From Escherichia coli (lineage in GTDB: Bacteria > Pseudomonadota > Gammaproteobacteria > Enterobacterales > Enterobacteriaceae), in the NCBI RefSeq assembly GCF_045037415.1, contig NZ_CP173438.1: 64,000 nucleotides of DNA. One strand, written 5' to 3'. A program made the translations under genes and the position numbers. Shown one piece after another: positions 54,037 to 64,000 of this stretch. Every line of letters begins with the position of its first letter. Position 1 is the stretch's first letter. The notes beneath the pieces are model-generated. The model had not been told where the DNA came from and ran no database searches. It saw nothing but the letters and a program-made list of their open reading frames with translations.

Positions 54037-56925
54037 ATGCCCCGCAGCATCTGGTTCAAAGCATTATTGTTGTTTGTTGCCCTCTGGGCACCCTTAAGTC
54101 AGGCAGAAACGGGATGGCAGCCGATTCAGGAAACCATCCGTAAAAGTGATAAAGATAACCGCCAGTATCAGGCTATACGTCTGGATAACGGTATGGTGGT
54201 CTTACTGGTTTCTGATCCGCAGGCAGTTAAATCGCTCTCGGCGCTGGTGGTGCCCGTTGGGTCGCTGGAAGATCCTGAGGCGTACCAGGGGCTGGCACAT
54301 TACCTTGAACATATGAGTCTGATGGGGTCGAAAAAGTATCCGCAGGCTGACAGTCTGGCCGAATATCTCAAAATGCACGGCGGCAGTCACAATGCCAGCA
54401 CGGCACCGTATCGCACGGCTTTCTATCTGGAAGTTGAGAACGATGCCTTACCCGGTGCGGTAGACCGCCTGGCCGATGCTATTGCAGAACCCTTGCTCGA
54501 CAAGAAATACGCCGAACGTGAGCGTAATGCAGTGAATGCCGAATTAACCATGGCGCGTACGCGTGACGGGATGCGCATGGCACAGGTCAGCGCAGAAACC
54601 ATTAACCCGGCACACCCCGGTTCAAAGTTTTCTGGTGGTAACCTCGAAACTTTAAGCGACAAACCAGGTAATCCGGTACAGCAGGCGCTGAAAGATTTCC
54701 ACGAGAAGTACTATTCCGCCAATCTGATGAAGGCGGTTATTTACAGCAATAAACCGTTGCCGGAGTTGGCGAAAATGGCGGCGGACACCTTTGGTCGCGT
54801 GCCGAACAAAGAGAGCAAAAAACCGGAAATCACCGTGCCGGTAGTCACCGACGCGCAAAAGGGCATTATCATTCATTACGTCCCGGCGCTGCCGCGTAAA
54901 GTTCTGCGCGTTGAGTTTCGCATCGATAACAATTCAGCGAAGTTCCGTAGTAAAACGGATGAATTGATTACCTATCTGATTGGTAATCGCAGCCCTGGTA
55001 CACTTTCTGACTGGCTGCAAAAGCAGGGATTAGTTGAGGGCATTAGCGCCAATTCCGATCCTATCGTCAACGGCAACAGCGGCGTATTAGCGATCTCTGC
55101 GTCTTTAACCGATAAAGGTCTGGCGAATCGCGATCAGGTTGTGGCGGCCATTTTTAGCTACCTCAATCTGTTACGTGAAAAAGGGATCGATAAACAATAC
55201 TTCGATGAACTGGCGAATGTGCTGGATATCGACTTCCGTTATCCGTCAATCACCCGTGATATGGATTACGTCGAATGGCTGGCAGATACCATGATTCGCG
55301 TTCCTGTTGAGCATACACTGGATGCAGTCAATATTGCCGATCGGTACGACGCTAAAGCGGTAAAAGAACGTCTGGCGATGATGACGCCACAGAATGCGCG
55401 TATCTGGTATATCAGCCCGAAAGAGCCGCACAACAAAACGGCTTACTTTGTCGATGCGCCGTATCAGGTCGATAAAATTAGCGCACAAACTTTCGCTGAC
55501 TGGCAGAAAAAAGCCGCCAATATTGCGCTCTCCTTACCGGAGCTTAACCCCTATATTCCTGACGATTTCTCGCTGATTAAGTCAGAGAAGAAATACGACC
55601 ATCCAGAGTTGATTGTTGATGAGTCGAATCTGCGCGTGGTGTATGCGCCAAGCCGTTATTTTGCCAGCGAGCCCAAAGCTGATGTCAGCCTGATTTTGCG
55701 TAATCCGAAAGCCATGGACAGCGCCCGCAATCAGGTGATGTTTGCACTCAATGATTATCTCGCAGGGCTGGCGCTTGATCAGTTAAGCAACCAGGCGTCG
55801 GTTGGTGGCATAAGTTTTTCCACCAATGCTAACAACGGCCTTATGGTTAATGCTAATGGTTACACCCAGCGTCTGCCGCAGCTGTTCCAGGCTCTGCTGG
55901 AGGGCTACTTTAGCTATACCGCTACGGAAGATCAGCTTGAGCAGGCGAAGTCCTGGTATAACCAGATGATGGATTCCGCAGAAAAGGGCAAAGCGTTCGA
56001 GCAGGCGATTATGCCCGCGCAGATGCTCTCGCAAGTGCCGTACTTCTCGCGAGATGAACGGCGCAAAATTTTGCCCTCCATTACGTTGAAAGAGGTGCTG
56101 GCCTATCGCGACGCCTTAAAATCAGGGGCTAGACCAGAGTTTATGGTTATCGGCAACATGACTGAAGCCCAGGCAATAACGCTGGCACGCCATGTGCAAA
56201 AACAGTTGGGCGCTGATGGTTCAGAGTGGTGTCGTAACAAAGATGTCGTGGTCGATAAAAAACAATCCGTCATCTTTGAAAAAGCCGGTAACAGCACCGA
56301 CTCCGCACTGGCAGCGGTATTTGTACCGACTGGCTACGATGAATACACCAGCTCAGCGTATAGTTCTCTGTTGGGGCAGATCGTACAGCCGTGGTTCTAC
56401 AATCAGTTGCGTACCGAAGAACAGTTGGGCTATGCCGTGTTTGCGTTTCCAATGAGCGTGGGGCGTCAGTGGGGCATGGGCTTCCTTTTGCAAAGCAATG
56501 ATAAACAGCCTTCATTCTTGTGGGAGCGTTACAAGGCGTTTTTCCCAACCGCAGAGGCAAAATTGCGGGCGATGAAGCCAGAAGAGTTTGCGCAAATCCA
56601 GCAGGCGGTAATTACCCAGATGCTGCAGGCACCGCAAACGCTCGGCGAAGAAGCATCGAAGTTAAGTAAAGATTTCGATCGCGGCAATATGCGCTTCGAT
56701 TCGCGTGATAAAATCGTGGCCCAGATAAAACTGCTGACGCCGCAAAAAATTGCTGATTTCTTCCATCAGGCGGTGGTCGAGCCGCAAGGTATGGCTATTC
56801 TGTCGCAGATTTCCGGCAGCCAGAATGGGAAAGCCGAATATGTGCATCCTGAAGGCTGGAAAGTGTGGGAGAACGTCAGCGCGTTGCAGCAAACAATGCC
56901 CCTGATGAGTGAAAAGAATGAGTGA
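54037..56925 (+). CDS. ptrA: Periplasmic protease III (pitrilysin, M16 family)
   Basis: 962 aa; signal peptide; inverted zinc motif HYLEHM. Confidence 0.97.
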   Translation: MPRSIWFKALLLFVALWAPLSQAETGWQPIQETIRKSDKDNRQYQAIRLDNGMVVLLVSDPQAVKSLSALVVPVGSLEDPEAYQGLAHYLEHMSLMGSKKYPQADSLAEYLKMHGGSHNASTAPYRTAFYLEVENDALPGAVDRLADAIAEPLLDKKYAERERNAVNAELTMARTRDGMRMAQVSAETINPAHPGSKFSGGNLETLSDKPGNPVQQALKDFHEKYYSANLMKAVIYSNKPLPELAKMAADTFGRVPNKESKKPEITVPVVTDAQKGIIIHYVPALPRKVLRVEFRIDNNSAKFRSKTDELITYLIGNRSPGTLSDWLQKQGLVEGISANSDPIVNGNSGVLAISASLTDKGLANRDQVVAAIFSYLNLLREKGIDKQYFDELANVLDIDFRYPSITRDMDYVEWLADTMIRVPVEHTLDAVNIADRYDAKAVKERLAMMTPQNARIWYISPKEPHNKTAYFVDAPYQVDKISAQTFADWQKKAANIALSLPELNPYIPDDFSLIKSEKKYDHPELIVDESNLRVVYAPSRYFASEPKADVSLILRNPKAMDSARNQVMFALNDYLAGLALDQLSNQASVGGISFSTNANNGLMVNANGYTQRLPQLFQALLEGYFSYTATEDQLEQAKSWYNQMMDSAEKGKAFEQAIMPAQMLSQVPYFSRDERRKILPSITLKEVLAYRDALKSGARPEFMVIGNMTEAQAITLARHVQKQLGADGSEWCRNKDVVVDKKQSVIFEKAGNSTDSALAAVFVPTGYDEYTSSAYSSLLGQIVQPWFYNQLRTEEQLGYAVFAFPMSVGRQWGMGFLLQSNDKQPSFLWERYKAFFPTAEAKLRAMKPEEFAQIQQAVITQMLQAPQTLGEEASKLSKDFDRGNMRFDSRDKIVAQIKLLTPQKIADFFHQAVVEPQGMAILSQISGSQNGKAEYVHPEGWKVWENVSALQQTMPLMSEKNE

Positions 56926-59900
56926 TGTCGCCGAGACACTAGATCCTTTGCGCTTGCCCTTACAGGGCGAGCGCCTGATTGAAGCCTCTGCCGGCACAGG
57001 CAAAACCTTTACGATTGCGGCGCTCTATTTGCGCCTGTTACTTGGACTAGGCGGTTCGGCCGCCTTTCCCCGCCCGCTGACCGTTGAAGAACTGCTGGTG
57101 GTGACCTTTACCGAGGCTGCCACGGCAGAATTGCGTGGTCGTATCCGTAGCAATATCCACGAGTTGCGCATCGCCTGTCTGCGTGAAACCACCGACAATC
57201 CACTGTACAAACGCCTGCTGGAAGAGATCGACGATAAAGCGCAAGCCGCGCAGTGGTTGTTGTTAGCCGAGCGGCAGATGGATGAAGCGGCAGTCTTTAC
57301 TATCCACGGCTTTTGCCAGCGCATGCTCAACCTGAATGCCTTTGAATCCGGCATGCTGTTTGAGCAGCAGCTGATTGAAGATGAGTCTCTGCTACGCTAC
57401 CAGGCCTGCGCCGATTTCTGGCGTCGCCACTGCTACCCGCTGCCGCGTGAAATTGCCCAGGTCGTCTTTGAAACCTGGAAAGGGCCGCAGGCGTTGCTGC
57501 GCGATATTAATCGTTATCTGCAAGGCGAAGCGCCAGTTATCAAAGCACCGCCCCCCGATGATGAAACGCTGGCTTCCCGCCACGCGCAAATTGTGGCGCG
57601 TATTGATGCCGTAAAACAGCAGTGGCGCGACGCAGTGGGTGAACTGGATGCGCTGATCGAATCTTCTGGTATTGATCGACGCAAGTTTAACCGTAGCAAT
57701 CAGGCTAAATGGATCGAGAAGATCAGCGCCTGGGCAGAAGAAGAGACCAATAGCTATCAGTTGCCGGAGTCGCTGGAAAAATTCTCTCAGCGTTTCTTAG
57801 AAGATCGCACGAAAGCCGGGGGGGAAACCCCGCGACATCCACTGTTTGAGGCGATCGATCAACTGCTTGCAGAACCATTGTCGATCCGCGATCTGGTGAT
57901 CACCCGCGCATTGGCTGAGATCCGCGAAACAGTAGCGCGTGAAAAACGCCGCCGTGGCGAATTGGGTTTTGATGACATGTTAAGTCGGCTCGATTCCGCG
58001 CTGCGTAGTGAAAGCGGCGAGGTATTGGCAGCGGCGATCCGTACGCGATTCCCGGTGGCAATGATCGATGAATTTCAGGATACCGACCCCCAGCAGTACC
58101 GAATTTTTCGCCGTATCTGGCACCATCAGCCGGAAACCGCATTGTTGCTGATTGGCGACCCGAAACAGGCCATATATGCATTCCGGGGTGCGGATATCTT
58201 CACTTATATGAAGGCGCGTAGCGAAGTTCATGCTCACTACACCTTAGATACCAACTGGCGTTCCGCACCGGGAATGGTGAACAGCGTTAACAAACTTTTC
58301 AGCCAGACTGATGACGCGTTCATGTTTCGTGAAATACCGTTTATTCCTGTGAAATCTGCCGGGAAAAATCAGGCGTTACGCTTTGTGTTTAAAGGTGAAA
58401 TGCAGCCTGCGATGAAAATGTGGCTGATGGAAGGCGAAAGCTGCGGCGTTGGCGACTATCAAAGTACCATGGCGCAGGTATGTGCTGCGCAAATCCGCGA
58501 CTGGCTACAAGCCGGACAGCGGGGCGAAGCGTTGCTGATGAACGGCGACGATGCGCGTCCGGTGCGTGCTTCGGACATCAGTGTGCTGGTGCGCAGCCGC
58601 CAGGAGGCCGCTCAGGTGCGCGATGCCTTAACGCTGCTGGAAATCCCTTCCGTTTACCTTTCGAACCGCGACAGTGTTTTTGAAACTCTGGAAGCACAGG
58701 AGATGCTTTGGCTGTTGCAGGCGGTGATGACGCCCGAACGTGAGAACACCCTGCGCAGTGCGCTGGCAACGTCAATGATGGGGCTGAATGCGCTGGATAT
58801 TGAAACGCTGAATAATGACGAACATGCGTGGGATGCGGTAGTCGAAGAGTTCGATGGTTATCGGCAAATCTGGCGCAAACGTGGCGTTATGCCGATGCTG
58901 CGGGCGCTGATGTCGGCGCGTAACATTGCAGAAAACTTGCTGGCAACGGCAGGCGGTGAGCGGCGTCTTACCGATATCTTGCATATCAGCGAACTGCTAC
59001 AAGAAGCCGGAACGCAGCTGGAAAGTGAACATGCGCTGGTACGCTGGTTATCGCAACATATCCTCGAGCCAGACAGTAATGCCTCCAGCCAACAAATGCG
59101 CCTCGAAAGTGATAAACATCTGGTGCAGATTGTCACGATACACAAATCAAAAGGGCTGGAATATCCGCTGGTCTGGTTGCCATTTATTACCAATTTCCGC
59201 GTCCAGGATCAGGCGTTTTATCACGATCGCCACTCGTTTGAGGCCGTTCTGGATCTTAATGCTGCGCCAGAAAGCGTCGACCTCGCGGAGGCCGAACGTC
59301 TGGCGGAAGATCTGCGTTTACTTTACGTGGCGCTGACGCGTTCGGTTTGGCATTGCAGTCTCGGCGTTGCACCGCTGGTGCGCCGTCGTGGCGATAAAAA
59401 AGGTGATACCGACGTCCACCAAAGTGCGCTCGGGCGTTTGCTGCAAAAAGGAGAACCGCAAGATGTGGCAGGGCTTCGTACCTGCATTGAAGCGTTGTGC
59501 GATGATGATATTGCCTGGCAAACGGCACAAATTGGTGATAACCAGCCCTGGCAGGTTAATGATGCATTAACTGCAGAACTGAATGCGAGGACGCTACAAC
59601 GATTGCCCGGCGATAACTGGCGTGTCACCAGCTACTCCGGTTTGCAGCAGCGTGGTCACGGTATCGCTCAGGATCTGATGCCACGGTTGGATGTTGATGC
59701 CGCAGGCGTGGTCAGCGTCGTTGAAGTACCGACGTTAACACCGCATCAGTTCCCGCGCGGTGCGTCACCGGGGACATTCTTGCACAGTTTGTTTGAAGAC
59801 CTCGATTTTACCCAGCCGGTTGACCCGAACTGGGTACAGGAAAAACTGGAGCTCGGTGGCTTTGAACCGCAGTGGGAACCGGTGTTGACTGAGTGGATCA

Positions 59901-60460
59901 CGGCTGTCCTCCTGGCACCTCTCAATGAAACGGGTATTAGCCTGAGTCAGCTTTCCGATCGCGATAAACAGGTGGAGATGGAGTTTTACCTGCCAATTAG
60001 CGAACCGCTCATCGCCAGCCAGCTTGATGCACTAATTCGCCAGTTTGACCCGCTATCTGCTGGCTGCCCGCCGCTGGAGTTCATGCAGGTACGTGGCATG
60101 TTAAAAGGCTTTATCGATCTGGTGTTCCGCCACGAAGGGCGTTATTACCTGCTCGACTATAAATCCAACTGGTTGGGTGAAGACAGTTCGGCTTACACCC
60201 AACAGGCTATGGCAGCGGCAATGCAGGCACACCGCTATGATCTGCAATATCAGCTTTATACCCTGGCGCTGCACCGTTATCTGCGCCATCGTATTGCTGA
60301 TTACGACTATGAGCGCCACTTTGGCGGCGTTATTTATCTGTTCCTGCGTGGCGTTGATAAAGAACATCCGCAACAAGGGATCTACGCGACCCGACCCAAC
60401 GCCGGGTTGATTGACCTGATGGATGAGATGTTTGCCGGTATGACCCTGGAGGAGGCGTAA
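56918..60460 (+). CDS. recB: Exodeoxyribonuclease V beta subunit (helicase-nuclease)
   Basis: Start at [30 protein letters not shown] (1180 aa); Walker A; overlaps ptrA end by 8 nt. Confidence 0.97.
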   Translation: MSDVAETLDPLRLPLQGERLIEASAGTGKTFTIAALYLRLLLGLGGSAAFPRPLTVEELLVVTFTEAATAELRGRIRSNIHELRIACLRETTDNPLYKRLLEEIDDKAQAAQWLLLAERQMDEAAVFTIHGFCQRMLNLNAFESGMLFEQQLIEDESLLRYQACADFWRRHCYPLPREIAQVVFETWKGPQALLRDINRYLQGEAPVIKAPPPDDETLASRHAQIVARIDAVKQQWRDAVGELDALIESSGIDRRKFNRSNQAKWIEKISAWAEEETNSYQLPESLEKFSQRFLEDRTKAGGETPRHPLFEAIDQLLAEPLSIRDLVITRALAEIRETVAREKRRRGELGFDDMLSRLDSALRSESGEVLAAAIRTRFPVAMIDEFQDTDPQQYRIFRRIWHHQPETALLLIGDPKQAIYAFRGADIFTYMKARSEVHAHYTLDTNWRSAPGMVNSVNKLFSQTDDAFMFREIPFIPVKSAGKNQALRFVFKGEMQPAMKMWLMEGESCGVGDYQSTMAQVCAAQIRDWLQAGQRGEALLMNGDDARPVRASDISVLVRSRQEAAQVRDALTLLEIPSVYLSNRDSVFETLEAQEMLWLLQAVMTPERENTLRSALATSMMGLNALDIETLNNDEHAWDAVVEEFDGYRQIWRKRGVMPMLRALMSARNIAENLLATAGGERRLTDILHISELLQEAGTQLESEHALVRWLSQHILEPDSNASSQQMRLESDKHLVQIVTIHKSKGLEYPLVWLPFITNFRVQDQAFYHDRHSFEAVLDLNAAPESVDLAEAERLAEDLRLLYVALTRSVWHCSLGVAPLVRRRGDKKGDTDVHQSALGRLLQKGEPQDVAGLRTCIEALCDDDIAWQTAQIGDNQPWQVNDALTAELNARTLQRLPGDNWRVTSYSGLQQRGHGIAQDLMPRLDVDAAGVVSVVEVPTLTPHQFPRGASPGTFLHSLFEDLDFTQPVDPNWVQEKLELGGFEPQWEPVLTEWITAVLLAPLNETGISLSQLSDRDKQVEMEFYLPISEPLIASQLDALIRQFDPLSAGCPPLEFMQVRGMLKGFIDLVFRHEGRYYLLDYKSNWLGEDSSAYTQQAMAAAMQAHRYDLQYQLYTLALHRYLRHRIADYDYERHFGGVIYLFLRGVDKEHPQQGIYATRPNAGLIDLMDEMFAGMTLEEA

Positions 60461-62286
60461 TGAAATTGCAAAAGCAATTACTGGAAGCTGTGGAGCACAA
60501 ACAGCTACGCCCGCTGGACGTGCAGTTTGCCCTGACCGTGGCGGGAGATGAACATCCTGCCGTCACCCTCGCGGCGGCACTATTAAGTCATGATGCCGGA
60601 GAGGGACACGTTTGTTTGCCGCTTTCACGACTGGAAAATAACGAGGCGTCGCATCCGCTGTTGGCGACCTGTGTCAGTGAAATCGGTGAGCTACAAAATT
60701 GGGAAGAATGCTTGCTGGCTTCACAAGCGGTCAGCCGGGGAGATGAACCAACGCCGATGATCCTCTGTGGCGATCGTCTTTATTTGAATCGCATGTGGTG
60801 TAACGAGCGCACAGTGGCACGTTTTTTCAACGAAGTGAATCATGCCATTGAGGTTGATGAAGCTCTACTGGCGCAAACCCTGGACAAACTTTTTCCAGTA
60901 AGCGATGAAATTAACTGGCAAAAAGTTGCGGCGGCAGTGGCGCTGACGCGGCGGATTTCGGTGATTTCCGGCGGTCCTGGCACCGGTAAAACGACCACCG
61001 TAGCGAAGTTGCTGGCAGCCTTAATTCAAATGGCCGACGGAGAACGCTGCCGTATCCGTCTGGCTGCACCAACGGGTAAAGCTGCCGCGCGCTTAACCGA
61101 ATCTCTCGGCAAGGCTTTGCGACAGTTACCGCTGACCGCTGAACAAAAGAAACGCATTCCGGAAGATGCCAGCACTTTGCACCGATTGCTGGGCGCGCAG
61201 CCGGGTAGCCAGCGTTTACGTCATCATGCCGGTAACCCGCTGCATCTTGATGTGCTGGTGGTAGATGAAGCGTCAATGATCGATCTTCCTATGATGTCGA
61301 GACTGATCGACGCCTTGCCCGATCATGCGCGAGTGATCTTTCTCGGCGATCGTGATCAACTGGCCTCGGTTGAGGCTGGGGCTGTGCTGGGCGATATCTG
61401 CGCTTATGCCAACGCGGGCTTTACCGCCGAGCGTGCCGGGCAGTTGAGCCGCCTGACGGGAAGCCACGTTCCAGCAGGAACTGGCACAGAAGCGGCATCT
61501 TTGCGCGACAGCCTCTGCCTGCTGCAAAAAAGCTATCGTTTCGGCAGCGATTCTGGCATTGGTCAGTTAGCTGCGGCGATTAACCGAGGTGATAAAACGG
61601 CAGTGAAAACCGTTTTTCAGCAGGATTTTACTGATATCGAAAAACGGCTTTTACAGAGTGGCGAAGATTATATTGCGATGCTTGAGGAAGTTCTTGCGGG
61701 TTACGGACGTTATCTGGATCTGCTGCAAGCGCGTGCCGAGCCGGATTTAATCATTCAGGCGTTCAATGAGTACCAGCTTTTGTGCGCCCTGCGGGAAGGA
61801 CCGTTTGGCGTGGCTGGATTGAATGAGCGAATTGAGCAATTTATGCAACAGAAGCGCAAAATTCATCGTCATCCGCACTCTCGTTGGTACGAAGGTCGAC
61901 CAGTGATGATTGCCCGTAATGACAGCGCGCTTGGGTTGTTTAATGGCGATATTGGTATTGCGCTGGATCGCGGGCAGGGGACGCGCGTCTGGTTTGCGAT
62001 GCCGGACGGCAATATTAAGTCTGTGCAACCGAGTCGCCTGCCAGAGCACGAAACGACGTGGGCGATGACGGTACATAAATCGCAGGGATCGGAGTTCGAC
62101 CATGCGGCGTTGATTTTACCGAGTCAACGCACGCCGGTAGTAACGCGAGAGCTGGTTTACACCGCGGTGACCCGCGCGCGTCGCCGTCTGTCGCTGTATG
62201 CCGATGAGCGCATTTTAAGTGCGGCAATTGCCACGCGCACCGAGCGGCGCAGTGGTCTGGCGGCGTTGTTTAGTTCACGGGGATAA
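60460..62286 (+). CDS. recD: Exodeoxyribonuclease V alpha subunit (helicase)
   Basis: 608 aa; Walker [10 protein letters not shown]; start overlaps recB stop (TAATG). Confidence 0.97.
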   Translation: MKLQKQLLEAVEHKQLRPLDVQFALTVAGDEHPAVTLAAALLSHDAGEGHVCLPLSRLENNEASHPLLATCVSEIGELQNWEECLLASQAVSRGDEPTPMILCGDRLYLNRMWCNERTVARFFNEVNHAIEVDEALLAQTLDKLFPVSDEINWQKVAAAVALTRRISVISGGPGTGKTTTVAKLLAALIQMADGERCRIRLAAPTGKAAARLTESLGKALRQLPLTAEQKKRIPEDASTLHRLLGAQPGSQRLRHHAGNPLHLDVLVVDEASMIDLPMMSRLIDALPDHARVIFLGDRDQLASVEAGAVLGDICAYANAGFTAERAGQLSRLTGSHVPAGTGTEAASLRDSLCLLQKSYRFGSDSGIGQLAAAINRGDKTAVKTVFQQDFTDIEKRLLQSGEDYIAMLEEVLAGYGRYLDLLQARAEPDLIIQAFNEYQLLCALREGPFGVAGLNERIEQFMQQKRKIHRHPHSRWYEGRPVMIARNDSALGLFNGDIGIALDRGQGTRVWFAMPDGNIKSVQPSRLPEHETTWAMTVHKSQGSEFDHAALILPSQRTPVVTRELVYTAVTRARRRLSLYADERILSAAIATRTERRSGLAALFSSRG

Positions 62287-62293
62287 ACGTAAT

Positions 62294-62356
62294 TGCCTGA
62301 TGCGACGCATGTGGGTCTTATCATACCTATGAATGTTGTGCATGTCGCATCCGGCG
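62294..62356. repeat. REP-like palindromic unit(s) between convergent recD and argA
   Basis: TGCCTGATGCGACGCATGTGGGTCTTATCATACCTAT resembles the REP consensus; second partial copy CATGTCGCATCCGGCG. Confidence 0.4.
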
Positions 62357-62367
62357 ATTTGCATCGC

Positions 62368-63699
62368 TTAACCCAAATCCGCCATCAACACTTTGGATTT
62401 ACGCTGGTAGTTGTACAACTGCTTTTTGCTCTCGGGTAGTAAATCAATATCCACTGGGGTAAATCCACGTTCCTGGAACCAGTGAATACTGCGCGTGGTC
62501 AGCACAAACAATTTGCTTAAGCCGCTCTGCTTCGCCTGAGCGGCAATGCGTTCCAGCAGAACCTCGCCCCGTGATGAACTGCGGTAATCCGGGTGAACTG
62601 CCACACAGGCCATTTCCCCAATCTTCTCTTCCGGGAACGGATAGAGCGCGGCGCAGGCAATAGTCGTGTTATCGCGCTGAATAATGGTGAATTTGTCGAT
62701 TTCCATCTCCAGCTGCTCGCGAGAACGGCGTACCAGAATACCTTGTTGCTCCAGCGGGCGAATCAACTCCAGAATACCGCCAATATCGTTGATTGTTGCG
62801 CGACGAATCTGCTCGGCGCTTTCCATCACAATCTGCGTACCGATACCGTCGCGTGAGAACAACTCTTGCAATAGCGCGCCATCTTCCTGATAACTGATTA
62901 AATGACAGCGACGCACGCCGCTGCGGCAGGCTTTCACTGCGCCACGCAAAAAGCGCACCGTACCGGAGTTGTAATCGCCTTTCTCTTCCTGGGCTTCTAC
63001 CCGCGTTTGCGCTTCGTTAGGGAAAAGTTCGGAGACAATATCACCGTCGTCATTAGTGACGCCCTGGGAAGAGCAAAAACCAATCATTTTTTCAGCTTTC
63101 AGTTTGATGGCCAGTTGAGTGGCAATCTCTTCCGAGGTCAGATTAAAGCTCTCGCCAGTGACCGAAACAGCGACCGGCCCCATTAGCACTATTGCACCGC
63201 TGTCCAGTTGACGATGGATCGCGTCTTCATCAATCCGCCGGATACGCCCGCTATGACAGTAATCCACGCCGTCATCGACGCCCAGCGGCTGGGCAATAAT
63301 AAAATTACCACTGACGACGTTGATATGCGCGCCCTGCAGCGGTGTGTTATTGAGACTCATCGACAGGCGAGCAGTAATATCCAGTTGCAATGTTCCCGCA
63401 GCCTGCTTCACCAGTTCCAGTGTTTTGGCGTCGGTCACACGTATATTCTTGTGATACAGCGGTTCGTGGTGATGTGCAGCCAGATTTGCGTCGATCTGCG
63501 GACGTGCGCCATAGACCACCACCAGACGGATGCCGAGGCTGTGCAACAACCCGATATCATTAACGATACTGGAGAAATTCTCATGCTCAATGGCTTCACC
63601 GCCGAGCATGATGACAAACGTTTTTCCCCGGTGGGTATTGATATAGGGAACCGAATGGCGGAATCCCTCGACCAGCTCGGTTTTACGTTCCTTTACCAC
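62368..63699 (-). CDS. argA: N-acetylglutamate synthase
   Basis: 443 aa, GTG start; N-terminus [34 protein letters not shown] (kinase-like plus GNAT domains). Confidence 0.96.
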   Translation of the reverse strand: MVKERKTELVEGFRHSVPYINTHRGKTFVIMLGGEAIEHENFSSIVNDIGLLHSLGIRLVVVYGARPQIDANLAAHHHEPLYHKNIRVTDAKTLELVKQAAGTLQLDITARLSMSLNNTPLQGAHINVVSGNFIIAQPLGVDDGVDYCHSGRIRRIDEDAIHRQLDSGAIVLMGPVAVSVTGESFNLTSEEIATQLAIKLKAEKMIGFCSSQGVTNDDGDIVSELFPNEAQTRVEAQEEKGDYNSGTVRFLRGAVKACRSGVRRCHLISYQEDGALLQELFSRDGIGTQIVMESAEQIRRATINDIGGILELIRPLEQQGILVRRSREQLEMEIDKFTIIQRDNTTIACAALYPFPEEKIGEMACVAVHPDYRSSSRGEVLLERIAAQAKQSGLSKLFVLTTRSIHWFQERGFTPVDIDLLPESKKQLYNYQRKSKVLMADLG

Positions 63700-63709
63700 G
63701 GTACACCTC

Positions 63710-63748
63710 TTTGCATGATTATTCTAAATTATTGTATTTTTATTCTGT
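63710..63748 (-). promoter_or_regulatory. Tandem ARG boxes (ArgR operator) over the argA promoter
   Basis: Minus strand AGAATAAAAATACA and AGAATAATCATGCA, 21 bp start-to-start; each matches TGAAT-N4-ATTCA at 11-12 of 14. Confidence 0.5.
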
Positions 63749-63930
63749 TTTTTCGCAGGGTGCAAGTGTAAATTTTATGCGGGAGCGAGTTTTTTATCAG
63801 TAATACCGTGAATATAAAAAGAATGTTTACCGTTTTATAGATGACAGATTATGCGTCTTTCGCTAAAGTTTCCGGTCAAATTGGTCGTTTACTTGTTACA
63901 CAGCTTAGATTTCTTTTGCTCGGGAGAGGC

Positions 63931-64000
63931 ATGTCAGGATCCAACACTGCAATCAGCCGTCGTCGTTTACTGCAAGGCGCGGGTGCCATGTGGCTATTGA
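63931..64000 (+). CDS. amiC: N-acetylmuramoyl-L-alanine amidase AmiC, first 23 codons only (Tat signal)
   Basis: [23 protein letters not shown] twin-arginine signal; runs off window end. Confidence 0.8.

Overview
This window reads as Escherichia coli core chromosome, in reverse orientation to the usual K-12 map, from xanQ/xdhD through the xdhABC–ygeV region, glyU, kduID, araE, lysRA, galR, OmrA/OmrB, aas-lplT, mutH, DARS2, rppH-ptsP, lgt-thyA, the ppd pseudopilin genes and recC-ptrA-recB-recD to argA and the start of amiC. Gene identities come from reading the translated ORFs (diagnostic motifs, N-termini, protein lengths) and from remembered synteny; no database search was run. I do not see an obviously new multi-gene system such as a defence island, CRISPR array, prophage or IS element. 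The least understood part is the roughly 24 kb ygeV-associated cluster (xdhD-ygfM-ssnA-ygfK, mocA, yqeC-yqeB, yqeA-hyuA-ygeY-ygeX-ygeW, xdhCBA): a molybdenum hydroxylase plus ureide/carbamoyl-phosphate catabolic module next to a sigma-54 activator. In that cluster I flag candidate sigma-54 promoters with CRP-like palindromes upstream, a cysteine-free ferredoxin-like domain in XdhD, and a probable 1-nt frameshift at the xdhB/xdhC junction. Other points: the glyU locus is unoccupied (no ETT2-type island), the mutH-rppH spacer carries a DnaA-box cluster consistent with DARS2, and OmrA/OmrB are present as a tandem sRNA pair. Coordinates of short sites were counted by hand and may be off by 1-2 nt.
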